Shown here: positions 40,201 through 52,999 of the stretch, in pieces
Layout: each line of letters opens with the position of its first letter
How positions within the stretch are numbered: the first letter of the stretch is position 1
From: Kudoa neothunni
Taxonomy: Eukaryota > Animalia > Cnidaria
Reading direction: 5' to 3'
DNA: 64,000 nt
NCBI GenBank assembly: GCA_964304625.1
Contig: OZ199838.1
Coordinates: forward strand, 6,931,731 to 6,995,730
Notes under the pieces: generated by a model
Seen by the model: only the letters and a program-made list of their open reading frames with translations
What the model was told of the DNA's origin: nothing
The model's database searches: none
Program-made: the position numbers and the translations under genes

Positions 40201-41005
40201 ACAATTTTATTTGCTGCTTAAATTTAATTCAACGTTGCTATGACAGGGGCATACATGCGTTATAAATATTCAAAAATATCTAAAAATTAGCATTTTTATT
40301 ATATTATTTAAATGCTCATAAATGACTAGATATAAAAAATTTTTTTTGAATGAAACTACTTAAGGCTTAGTATTTGACAAGAAAAAATAAAAATTAGTAA
40401 CATAAATAATCATAACGACAAAAGATCAACTACAATATATGTAAAATACATCCTCGCAAGTGCAAAGATATTCAAATTCGTCTCTCAATAAAAATTTTAT
40501 TAATTAAAGTGTTTGAATTCAATAATCGTACGATACAATTTTTGCGCAGGCGCGTCTACAAATCGATTAAAGTTTGTTTAAATTTACTTTAAATTCAATA
40601 AAAGCACAAAAATATTTAGACATGAACAGGAAAAATGCAGTTCGTTATAGATTTTTAGACTATACATAAAATAAATCACCATAATTATAGATAGATTGGA
40701 TTTACGTGGATTAAACAACAAAAAGTTCTTAAAAATATGGAAAATTACCTTGAAAATTGGTCTAGAAATTTCGAAGGGGCTTCAGCAAAAATCAATAATT
40801 GTCTTTGATGAGCCTCCGACATGATATGACATTTGAATCCATTCTAATAATCTCAATGTATATACGAAAAGTATTTTACAAATACTTCATCTCTACACTG
40901 CTTCTGACACATCTGACAGTAAAATTTTAATTTCATTAGACCTTTGCTTTTCATTCGGTTTGAAAGTGCCTTTGCAGACATCGGATCTATCTTTTTCTTT
41001 GCCAT
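34251..41005 (-). CDS. KIN: DNA/RNA-binding protein KIN17, with a 4.9-kb second intron
   Basis: Exons 1-2 (41005-40749) give MAKKK...SNRMKSKGLMKLKFYCQMCQKQCRDE|NGFKCHIMSEAHQRQ. From about 35859 the protein reads FGTARVNANRVYQEYIRDREHVHMNGTK|W...ETPKGWFITYIDKDPE. The KOW-domain end is DQTHLETVIP...VPFEDVCK. Confidence 0.95.
37170..39057 (+). mobile_element. pogo/Tigger element inside KIN17 intron 2
   Basis: TA|CAGTCGGACCTGGATATAGTGAGGTTT ... AAACCTCGCTCTATCCAGATTCGACTG|TA. DDE_1 fragment CVQPMDVGII...KSWDKV at 37581-37883. Confidence 0.85.
39322..39866. mobile_element. hAT-like MITE inside KIN17 intron 2
   Basis: CAGGGC...GCTCTG ends with an 8-bp TSD AGTACAGG/AGTACAAG. Confidence 0.55.
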
Positions 41006-41156
41006 GTTGTTTTATTTCTAATGAGTTTATTTAAAATCTCATTTAAAACAATATCTAACATTTAGATACTTCAACAATTACTTCTCACAACGATCAACCT
41101 ACGTAATTCAATGTTTGTTGTTACGCATGCGCTAGAAGGTGTGTAAGAGTAAGAGA
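41006..41156. promoter_or_regulatory. Bidirectional promoter of KIN17 and SF3B2
   Basis: The two ATGs diverge with 151 bp between them. An NRF1-like ACGCATGCGC sits at 41123-41132. Confidence 0.7.
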
Positions 41157-43820
41157 ATGGTGCTAGAACCGGAGTTGGAAAGACAATTATTGGATTTGGA
41201 TCCATCAAACAATCCTGTATCATCTAATATATCTGTAATTTAATTGTGAACATTTGATGTAAAGTGAGTGTATAAATAATAATAATAATAGAGAAAGAGT
41301 AGAAAACGAAGAAAGCAGAAAGAAAAATCTGACAACAAGGCAGTTCAAGTTGGAAAATCAACGAGGAAAACAGCCCAGTCCATTAAAAGAACAAATGATA
41401 CAATTAAAAATGAATACAAATCCGTTTCAGATAATGAATATAACTCAGAAAATGATGACGATGTTGAATTGGTCCAAGAGAAAATTCAATTAGAGAAATG
41501 GGATCCAAACTATGACACATTTAGTAGAATATTTGAAAAGTTTTATGTGATAATTTGTGCTTAATTTCTCAATTTGTTTATAAATTATGTTCCGTAGGTT
41601 CCTGATGCGGTTTTGAATTCGAAAAATAAAGATCGAAGCAAATCTCCATTTCATGTAACATTCTACTTTAGATAGTGGATAATTACGCTTTGTAGTATGA
41701 TACAGAGATGACTAGCTCGGATCAATCCAATAATTTCTCCTCTGAAATCTATAAACCAGCCGATCCTATGGTACAGTTTCTGGTTGAATAATAATGCATA
41801 AGGTTAAATCGAAAATCGTCTAATTAGGTAGAAGAAAAACCCACTAGACTTTCTAATAAAAAGTTTAAAGAAAAACATAGAATAACAGTGGCTCAACTCA
41901 AACAAGTAAAATTGCATCAAACACCAATACTAAATTATAAACAACATGCAGTGTGTACAATTTCCTGATATTGTTGAATTGAACGATGCCAACAGTAAAG
42001 AACCTAAACTTTTAGTTTATCTTAAAGTGAGAGTTTTTGTTGGTCATGCTTAGAGAGATTTATATTCGTTAGTCCTATCGTAATACGGTGCCTGTTCCAG
42101 CTCACTGGAGTCATAAAAGAAAGTATTTACAAGGAAAAAGAGGGTTCGTAAAACCTCCTTTTGAACTGCCCGATTTCATCAAAGTATCAACACCATTCTT
42201 AGAATACTGATTGTAATTATTCGTTACATCATAGGCAACTGGTATTATGGAGATGAGATCTGCCTACCAAGATAAAGAAGATAGCAGTTCTCTTAAAGTT
42301 CAAATGAGAAACAAAATTCGTCCCAAACTTGGAAGAGTTGATGTGGACTATCAGAAATTACACGATGCTTTTTTCAAGTTATTATTCATATTACTTGAAA
42401 CCCATACGTTCTATTCTCTACATTTAGATTTCAAACTAAACCTCCTATGACTAAACATGGTGATATGTATTATGAGGTTTGTGCAACTATTCCATTGCTT
42501 CACTTTTTTTTCTCGAAACAACAAACCAAATTATACTAATAGGGTAAAGAATTCGAGGGAAAACTTCGTGAAAAGAAACCAGGAGATTTTTCAGATGAAT
42601 TGAGACTTGCGTTGGGCATGCCTGTTGGTATGAATAAACAATTGGTTCCTCCGCCCTGGCTTATTGCTATGCAACGTTATGGACCTCCACCGTCATATCC
42701 TAATTTGAAAATTCCTGGTCTTAACGCCCCACTTCCAGAGGTTTCTTTTAATATTATTTGTTGTAATTAGCTTTATATTAAAATGGAATGACTTGTAGGG
42801 TGCATTCTTTGGTTATCATGTTGGCGGTTGGGGTAAACCTCCTGTTGATGAGTCTGGTCGTCCGTTGTATGGCGATGTTTTCGCTGCAGACCCCATTCCA
42901 AATCCTCATGTTTATCACGACTACAATGTCGATAAAACACTGTGGGGCGAAATTGATTCAGATGACTCCCAGGATGAATCTGATGATCGTGTAAATTGCA
43001 TTGATGAGTAGGATTTTTTTGATTGTTGAACTGCTCTTTTAGGAGGAAGATATGGCTGAAGTCGCTATGGATACTGATAACGCAAATGATACGTAATTAA
43101 ATTATATGACCACATATAATTTATGTTATTGAGATTTATACATATAGTGGATTGGTTACACCAAGTGGATACACTAGCGGTATGACGTCTATTGGATTTG
43201 AAACTCCTGACGAGTTGGAGGTTCGCAAATTGAAAGAATCGGCCGATTCTACTTCGTCAGCAGCGCTTACCAACTCGCTAATCAAACAATCACTTTATTC
43301 GATTCTACCTCAGAAAAAAGCACCTGCACTTCATAATTTCCTTGTTCAAAGTGGTGTTATGTATGATATGGTATATTATGTTAGATTGATTGAAATGAGT
43401 TTTAATTGCCATTACTTCCTAGAAAAACACCACAAACAATGAAGATGTATTTGATTGGTTTGTGAGAGATTGTGTTAATTAAGAATTTATTGTAGAAGAC
43501 TGAAGAGAACGCTGATTATGCGAATGCTGCCAACATCCTTCATGAAGCTGACATCGAACCCGAAGGAATTGAAACGTAAATAATGTTCCCCATTTATTAG
43601 TTTCAACAGCCAGCGTTGAGTTGTTATCTAAATTTAGCCATGATGGGTCTATCACCGAAGGCAGTCTAAGTGGCCAGATTTCAGATATGAATGTTGCTTC
43701 ATCTAAGAAAAAAGTGAATTTGATTGATACATGACTAAATTTTTTGTAATGTTTATAAAGGGACGGAAATCTACTGATACTTCGAAATCCAATAAAAAAT
43801 ATAAGGACTTCAAATTTTAA
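41157..43820 (+). CDS. SF3B2: Splicing factor 3B subunit 2 (SAP145/Cus1), about 17 exons
   Basis: Spliced motifs RNTVPVPAHWSHKRKYLQGKRG, VRMR-like QMRNKIRPKLGRVDVDYQKLHDAFF, HGDMYYE|GKEFE, PPPWLIAMQRYGPPPSYPNLKIPGLNAPLP, GYHVGGWGKPPVDE and C-terminal KKYKDFKF*. Confidence 0.96.
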
Positions 43821-44027
43821 TCAGTCATTACCTATTATTATTATTCTTGCTTGTTTAATAGAGTTTATTTTGGACTTTATGCGTTGCCAACCTAAATTGG
43901 ACATCCCGCCAAATTTTTTTTCCGGAAAAATCAGAATTTTATGTAAAACAAAATTAATATTGAATTGTTTACATAAATATTTTATATATTTATAATTGAT
44001 CAAAAACTTCTAAGTTAAGACAACTTA

Positions 44028-44100
44028 ATCGATGTGATGAAAATTCCCTCATTCGAATAAGATCTAATGTAGAACACAACATTCTATTTCCTCTGACGGT
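44028..44100 (+). ncRNA. Candidate box C/D snoRNA
   Basis: Box C GTGATGA (44034-44040), box D CTGA (44093-44096) and terminal stem ATCG/CGGT; 73 nt long. No target was identified. Confidence 0.3.
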
Positions 44101-45843
44101 TTTGGTAGTCCCAGAAAAAGAAAACGCACTTTCCGGAAGTGCGTTGATCAGAGTTAGTTAAAGTGAAGATGTGCTATCTTTTCCGATGGGCTGAAAGCTA
44201 TTATACTCGTAAACAATGTTCAGAAGTGCGAGTATTGGTAATTTAATTAATAAAACTTTGTTTCTGATCCTGTTCAATTCCGTTAATCTCAAGTAATTTT
44301 ATTACAACCTTTCGTTTGATTTCTGAATAAAACATCACAACTTTATCTAGATGAGGTTTTATTTTCATATACGACCATTCATTCGTTAAAATTAAGAAAA
44401 ATTAGTCAAGTAAATAATATTTAATTAAATTTTAATTTATTTAGGTATTAACACTAAAATTTTTTGAACATTGATAACAATCATTTGAAATGATAGCTTA
44501 TCATTGGATATCACCAATATCAGAGTCATTTTTCTTTTTTTAAATTAAAGCATTTAGAATTCCAACACACATAGCACTCTTCATGATAACTCCAAAACAA
44601 CCCATGGACATGATAAAACTGTGTTTTATCACTAATAATAATGAAACAAATCCAAAATGCTAGCCGCGACAGGATCATAATATTTTAAAATGTGTTTATT
44701 TTCATAAATTGTTGGCATGTCCTTTTTAGCCTCAATTTTTGTATTACGTGGGTCTTAAGAACTAATTATTAAAATGTATAATTGTAACTTGACATTGGTG
44801 AACTTCTACTCTAGATATTTTAATTTGAAATAATGCATTATTTCAAGTATAAAAAATTATCTATTCGAAGACTTATCGTAATGAAATAAACAACGATTAT
44901 TTTCCAGTTTTGGTGAATTTACAATAACCTCTTACTTTTGAACATTCATTGTTGTGCGATTATTCAATCTTTCAAAGAATGATCGTGAAAAATGGGACAC
45001 TCGAAAAAATCGGACGCGGTTAGCAACGCCTAATTACCTAATTAATCCTTCCTTTTTAAATCGTTTTCTCTTTGGAATTTTAAATAGGGTAATATTTGTA
45101 AATTTCATTGAAGTATTATATAAGTTATATAATTTTATTAATTTCCGGTTGAATGCTGCCATCATTTTGTCGTTCGTGGCGGGAAGGTTCTCAGTTATTA
45201 TATCATATTATTCCGCGATAAAATTTTAATTTAAATAATAAAGTCTCGTACTAATATGGATTACTGTATTTTTTAAATGAATATATCTTTATGGAATTAT
45301 TTGTTCTTAATTAAAACATTATTAAAAAAAAATATTACTTGAGGATCTCAATGAATATTGTTTTTAGTTTTTATATTTAAATATCTTAAATATTTGTGAA
45401 AAATATTCATTGGAAAAAATTAACGTGATTTATTAGCATGAATATACATTAAATTATAAAGTAAAAAGTAGTGTCTTAATTATATTACATAAATTTAAGA
45501 TACGATTAATTTTATTTTTGACATAATTTCTTTGTACCTTTTTCAAAAAAATACGTTTTTCATCGATTCCTTATTGTAGAAAATTTCGATATATAATAAT
45601 TAATAAATATTTAATTAATGTGTTCTAGACTGTTGGTTATCATACACAATTTAAATTAATGCATTTCTCGAAATATGATTAAGATAGTTTCAAATTTTAC
45701 AGCGGATAACTGGGGGTTCACCGTAAATCTATTTATTTATGATGTAAAGAATTGCTACCTTGTGTTAAACTACAACTGCATCAAATATCGCTTGGATGGA
45801 TTAAAAATAAGCGACAAGTAAATTTACAATAAAAAAAAGTTAT

Positions 45844-47268
45844 TCAAAGCAAATCGTTAATTTCTCGCATAAAATTTTCTAAAACTTTTTCTTTTTTCTG
45901 AGGATTATTGGTGGAATTGGAAGCATTAGGTGTTTTGTTACGCTTCATCTTTAGTGTTGTAGGTACGAGTTTGGTGACCTCTGCCTGAAGATCTTTGAGT
46001 ACAGGTTTTGCGCAAAGGGTCGCTATATCGACACACTCGTTAAGAATAAGAAAATTAAAGGAAATACATTCCGCGGTGTAATTGAGATTGGCATCAATTA
46101 CTTCAACTAATTTACGTGGCTGAGCGGTTGCTACCTTCATAGAGAATAAGCATTTAACGTAAAACGCTTTAATGGAAATACAGCAATTTTTGGAGGATTG
46201 TTGTTGTTGCTTGCGCCAGGTAGGATGCCAGAAGGCTGAAAAAATGCCGTATGAACAGGCCCATGATAGACAGCATTTTTCAAATAGTCTGGTAATGCTG
46301 GAGCATCAGATGGAGGCAGACAGGGTGGAGGTGGAGCTGGGTTGAGATGTGATGGTAACCAGGCTACTGTTGGAAATTCTACAGTAATAGTGGGAGGCGG
46401 GTTTTTAACCTCACTCACAGTATCATCCACTTCTATTAGATCTTATTAATAAATATTGTTAATTAAACTTTAGTCACCTCCATCATCGTTTTTTGTGGGA
46501 TCTATTGGAGGGAGCGGTATACTAGAAAGCGACAAAGGAATATTTGGTAAAAGTTTTTTAATTTCCTCCTTGGTGGTAGGCACGTTCTCATCCTTCAAAT
46601 AATTTATTAAAAGTTAATCGATGCCACCCAAATAGTTGAATACTTCTTTTGTTAGTATGATATCTAGGTATATATCGTTAAAAATCAACTTTAAAAAATG
46701 AATTGACTTTCCGGATTAATTGGGCCAGCATTTTTCCGTAAATCGTAATTGGTTAACAATCTTAAAAATAATAGAAACATCAACGTGGGTTTGATTACGC
46801 TTTAATTTCTTTAGCTTTCTCTTTATTCTCTTTTTCCTACATAAATGCAAAAAATTAAAAATTACATCAATAAAAATATATTAAAAGTGAATCCAATACA
46901 TAAAGTGAAATCATTTGAGTGATTGTTTGACGTATTTTGTGTTTTTTCTCGCGAAGCGTATTCTCATTGAAATAACCCTTTCTAACGGATTCAACTTCTA
47001 TAATAAATCCATATTTAAAAAATGTTTGATCCATAGTCAAAAAATCTAACCCAGTCTATCTAAATTTTCCATTTCAACAATAAGTTCATGTATATCTTTT
47101 TGTTTCAGTATAGCAGTTCTTTGTTGGATACGGTTTTGTTTGGTTTTTTTGATCTCTTTCTTGCGCTGGTTCTTCCCTAAATTTTACATAAATCTTAATG
47201 AATTTTCTTCAACGTTTACTCATCGCAAGAACTGGATTCACAGAGCGTTCTTTATCTTTTCCTGCCAT
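45844..47268 (-). CDS. WBP11: WW domain-binding protein 11 (SIPP1/NPWBP)
   Basis: N-terminus VNPVLAMRKNQRKKEIKKTKQNRIQQRTAILKQKDIHELIVEMENLD, a Pro-rich middle (IPLPP, PAPPPP) and C-terminus AKPVLKDLQAEVTKLVPTTLKMKR...ENFMREINDLL*. Confidence 0.9.
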
Positions 47269-49125
47269 AATTAAAACTGCACATGCGTATGTTACATGTA
47301 TTGAAATATATACCTGCGGTCCAACTACGAATCCAAGGGGATCCGTGAGTGATCTCCATAAAATCTGAATACAACTTTATCGTCATAAATTCATTATAAT
47401 TAAATATTTTTTAACATTGGCGTAATTGCTAAAAATTTCAAATATACCTTTGTGTTAATGTTTCTTATAAATATTTTACAATGATTACAAAATATCCATG
47501 TGTTACAGTTTTTCTTGTAAAAAAATCTATAAAAACAAAAGATATTCGGTAGGTTAATCGATATAAAATAAAAATGTCCAAAAAATATTTCCTAATGTTG
47601 CAGGCTATACAATTAGAATGATTGCTACTTTTACAACAGTCTATTGTTGCGAAACTAAGTTTCCGTGCTGGTTACCATAAAAAAGTCACGGAATCGCTTA
47701 GCCTGTATGCGTGTTGCTCTTTTAAATACTTGCTAGAATGAATGAACTTATTGATACAAAGAAACTACAAAAACCTCATTTAATATTCTTTTAATGTCTA
47801 TTATTTATAAAAAAGTGGGGGTTTGAATTAATCTCGCATTCTATTATGATTTCTCCTTTGTTAACTCTTTATTTTGATAAACGAAATAATTAACGAAAAT
47901 AGAGATTTTATATAGCAAAAATATTTCGATTATTATAAGAGCCTTCTTCATTTAAAAAATTTTTATTGATTTTATTTGTAAACATGTATGTATAATAATT
48001 AAATATATTTCTTTAGATTTTTTATTTTCAAATATTATGCATCATTGTCTATACGTGGTTAGAAGTTTAATAATTTCTAAAGGAACTACAGAGAAGGGTT
48101 TCATAGCTGTGAATTTTTTGTTTTAATACCGAAAATAATTTGTCTAAGTGATTAAAAAATTTTGGTATATATTTTAAAACAAAATCACTACTTAATTAAT
48201 TTACGTAATAAATATTTTAATAACATTGGAGATATTAGATAAATAATTTAAGTTTACCCTTTAGTTATCAAATTTTTCTTGTTCATCAAGTTATTTTTAA
48301 ATGAAACTAATATTAAAATTATACACAATTTGAATTTTATTTTTTACAAAACTAATAATTTAATAATGATAATTTTAAATCTTTTTAAGCTGTTTACTGA
48401 AATGAACAATGGGAACTAAGGGGTAAAATATTTATATGTATGATTGGATTATGTAAGAAGACCAAATGGGATCTGTGTTAAGTCTATTGAACACATTAGG
48501 GATCCGCAAGGAAGAAAGATTAAGAACCACTGCTATAGAGGTATATAGTCACAAAATCAAATCAAATTATATCTCAATGCCAAGGATTAATTCATTATAA
48601 TCAAATTTAAATCGCTATTATCTCTATTATCACGGATCACATTAAATTTGAGTTTTCTTTCCGCCACACATAATACACAAATGCTACTGAGAAAGTTTGG
48701 CACAAATCCCAATTTCATTCATTCCAGCTTTATTAATTAACTTCATCAAAAATTATGTGAAAGTAATGAAACAAAGTTAAGCTAGTTTTTTCTTCAAACT
48801 TCTTTATCAGAGTGAATTATAAAATTTGTGAGAAAAAATTAACTTACACAGCATTACTACTATATCTTTTCAATTTATTCTATTAGTGATTTAAATTAAC
48901 GGCTATCACGAGTAGAAAGTATAAATGTCCAAATATGTCGTTACATTTTGACGGTCAGTTTCGGCCCTAACTAATATTGATATTCTTCATATTATCAAAA
49001 AAAACTAATAATTACATCGTTAATATTTTTCGAATAATATTAAATAAACCCTCTTGAAATTTCTTTAGGAAAATTTAAATGTGATAAGGCTAAATAATCC
49101 ATGAATGGGTGGTTGTACCTTAATA

Positions 49126-50497
49126 CAGTGGGTGACGGGGTGGTGGTTCGTAATTTGAGAAAATTTTACAAAATTAACGTACAAAAAAGATTATGATAAT
49201 TTATTTATTTCTCAAATTATTTAAAAACATTTATTTTACCATTAAGAATATAAATAAACTATTTATTAAATTAATTAATTGTATTATTTATGAATTAATT
49301 TGTAGTGACGTGGGGTTCGTAACTTTTCAGGTTCGTTGAGATTTTTGTTTTAGATTGATGGCGAAATAAGGACAGAAATTAAAATTGAATTAGGACATTA
49401 ACAGAAATATGAATTAATAAAGTTTTTCCAGAACCAGTGAAGGCATGGAGCGGAAACAATATTGATAATGACGCCAATATTAGTAAATTTATATGTAAAG
49501 CCAACTGTCACAGAGATGAAAATTTTCGTAAATTTGACGACAACGAAGAAAGAACAATTATTCTATTCAAAATTGCCTCTTTCATTTGTCTGATTTGAGA
49601 CATTACTTGAAATATCATGGTTTAAATTATTGTAAACATCAAACGGATATTGAACCTGAAGTACACAATATAATCCTAAGAAAACTTAAAAATATTACTA
49701 TGACTGAGTAATTTCCTTCAAAATAATCTATTATTATACAGTCGGTAATCGATTTAGCACACTTTTTGTGAATTTATTCAATTACGATTGTAAATGTTTC
49801 CAATGTTTATATAAACAAATATCTTAAACATAACGGTATTTATGGTTCAAATAATAGATTGTAAATGTTGTAAAATGCGTAACCAAAATCACGCGACACG
49901 TCGATTTTGCACACTTTTTTCCAGGCACTCTGTTGGTCAATTTAGCGATAGATGAAGATAAAAATACAACAACATTAGAAGGAAAATGCAAAATAATAAA
50001 ATACTTCGAAAATCTTCCATAAATTGACGTTAAAATAGTTACTGTGAGACATTTCAACATATCAAATATGACAATCTTAAATGGCCTCTTAGAAAAAAGA
50101 ACTAAATTTTATCTCTAATTTAAAAAAGTTTAGATTGTTTCCGATCATTGTTAGAATTGGAAATTGATTGTATATGTCAAAATATGACACAAACCAAAAT
50201 TAGTGATTTTTTCAAAAATTGAAATTAAGTATCATTGGATTTTTTGTCTGTTGTAGAATTTATATTCACATATATTATTTCAATAAAAAACATCAATTTT
50301 TCTTCTAAATTCCAGAAAAGCGATATATAATTATGTGCATGCGCAAAAAATGTGTCAAATTGATAACCTAATGTAGTTGATTTGCAGTATATTTTCCTCC
50401 ATATTGTTGTGCTAGCAACCTTAAAAAGTACGAAATATACGTACGATACATGTGGTTCGTAATTTTTTCTTGGTACCAACGGGATTACGAACCACCC
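49126..50497. mobile_element. TA-flanked TIR element, non-autonomous; partial second copy at about 63676-63815
   Basis: TA|CAGTGGGTGACGGGGTGGTGGTTCGTAAT is inverted near 50485-50506 (ATTACGAACCACCCCATCACCCA). The first 140 bp or so recur at 63676. The right boundary is approximate. Confidence 0.55.
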
Positions 50498-50955
50498 ATC
50501 ACCCATTATAGTATGTTGGAAATATGTTTGAAAGTTCAAATTTTTTATCAAACTAAGAAATAAAAATTTTTTCCAATGATGATTGAAAAAAATCATGAAT
50601 TTATCAACAAGAAGAGTTTATACTTCAAATTAATCATCTGTGAAACTCAGCGAGAGCTCATCGCTTTAATCACACACTCTCGAAGAGATTTGTGCATTCC
50701 ATTTGAGAAATAGCTCTTAATAGTAGAATTTCTAATATCTCATGTGTTAAATAAGGACGATATACTAGCATCTCGAATGAAAAATTATTTTAATAAGACC
50801 ACTTTTTTCCAAATAAATTAAAATTTTGATCGCAGTGCTGCAATAACGCCATAATAAGAAACAACAAACAAGAAATAATTACCATCAAATAGAATAGAAT
50901 ATTTTCATGTAACAAAGCATAAGTATCCATATAAATGATAAAAATCTTATATCAA

Positions 50956-51551
50956 TTATTCATCGAATAAGTCTACATAGAGTTGGGGTGAATTTTCATC
51001 GTTTGCCGCAACATCATTCTCCAAATTATCGTCCTTGACCATTTGAAGGAATTGGTTGTCATTCTTTTGTTGTAGCGGGGCACTATCTGCTACTTCAGTG
51101 GCTGATTTGAAGGTGCTGCACACACCGGGATGAGTAATAAAGGTTAGTGGCATAGTATCACGATCTTCTTTGGGGAGGACGTACACAGTGTAATCGAGCG
51201 AGGACATAGTGTACTTGAAGGTCTAAATAGGATATTATAACCACCAACCAACAAAACTAATTCTTTAACATTAAACATAAGTCAAAGCTTTGTTAGTAGG
51301 ATTACACCTACAATTAAAGACCAAACCTCAAATATAATAAGAGTAGATTTTAAGATTAGAGATATTACCTCGACCAAGTCGTAGTGCCCAATGACAGCGT
51401 TATCGCCGGCGAATTGATTTTTGTTTAAGTTGTTAGCGTTGCGGTGTAAGGTGGTCTAAGTGTAGTGAGTTGGGAGTACAAACATTAACATTACGGTAGT
51501 TTTCGGTTTGTATGTGGAATGCTTGGATTTTTTTAGTGTTTTAGAGATCAT
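50956..51551 (-). CDS. Unknown protein (about 135 aa, 3 exons; upstream exons possible)
   Basis: MISKTLKKSKHSTYKPKTT|TTLHRNANN...HYDLVE|TFKYTMSSLDYTVYVLPK...DLFDE*, joined by phase-0 GT-AG introns. Codon use is C-ending as in H3 and RPS2. Confidence 0.55.
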
Positions 51552-52999
51552 TACTCACTGCAATGAACATAAAAAGTAAGAATAGGTAGAAGGGATTATT
51601 TCCTGGTTGTTAACTGTCGTAGTTGGCTTAACCAATGCAATGAATGATCTGATACGATTAACTAAAAATCTGGCTTTATTCAAGAGAAAACGATTTTATA
51701 ACACACTAAACAAACCCCTTAGAAAGATTTCCAGGTTATCAACCCTATTATACTTCGCGATGATGTCATTACCTTCCAAAATAGAGTAATTAAATGACCG
51801 CTTTATAACAGCTTAACCTAATCCCTATAAGTTGGTATTCCTTTATATTCAACCGGTGTTGGACTATGGCAACTGTTTCTTAGAAATCAAATAAATTTGT
51901 CCTATCATATGATAAAAGCCAATTTTGTATTATTGTACTAATCCCTTCGGTGAGATTGCTGAAAGAAAATTTAAGGATAGTACCGAAGTAGTATTATTTA
52001 TCTAGTTCAGCGGCATTGATTATTTTATGAGGAATATTTTTCCTATTAATGACTTTTTCAGGAGATCGTATATGACACTCCATGTAAATATCTTTAATAA
52101 TAAACGAATCCTCTCGACGATTTTCCATTCTATCCATAAAAGCCCATTTATGTTTTAGTTGAATTATTGCGTGATAACATTGTTTTGATTAGCAATTAAC
52201 GATCAGTAAGTAGGAAATCTGATAACGTATTTGCATTAGTTTTTGATATTAAACTTATTCAAGATCCTTGTACTCATAACTGACAAAAAAGTCATATATT
52301 ATATTTGATAATCCCCTCTATTTAGACTGAGCGTGCGCAATAGCGAGTTTACCTAGTTTTAGAATTTATTAAAAATTTAGAAATATAATTATCATAACGC
52401 ACAATATTTTAATCGACTATTAAAACATAAACTTTAACGTTCCACCTCAGTGATTTTTTAGTATGAAAACTGAGAAAATACAATACTGATGTGTCGGGTT
52501 ACTTTTGAAGCTCAGGTATTGACGGCGGATGAATGAGGGGTACCAGTCAGTTTCAAATCAGCCGACCCCTTTATGAAAGCTTTTGTTGTTGCGTCCGGCA
52601 TTCAGTAAGCTGTAAAAAAGTACCTACCAACCAAATAATGTCTTAATTTTATTCCGAATTAAAAATTTCCTTAATATCTACTTTAAGTTATGATCAAATC
52701 AAGGCGACGAGATATTTTGTAATGTTAATAGAATGATTAATCGAACGATGGATCGCTCATCATATTGATTCAGTAAGACAAACACTACAGAATACATTCA
52801 AACAATTCACATACAGATTCCGAATATTGCCATCGCATACAGCAAGAATAATCAATATTAAACTGCGAACCATCGGAGTATACTATGTTATGAGGGTGAC
52901 ATAATATAGTTTGAAATGAATGCCATGGTGATCGATTGCTTGATGATCAAAATACAAAAATTGAGACAAATAAATCAAGCTGCTTCGATTAGCTGAAGT

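Noticed and set aside
51560-52137. Upstream coding exons or stop-codon reassignment (TAA in ...ELDK*YYFG...)
   Set aside because: The conserved genes use TAA and TGA as normal stops and have no in-frame reassigned codons. The exon structure here is unresolved.
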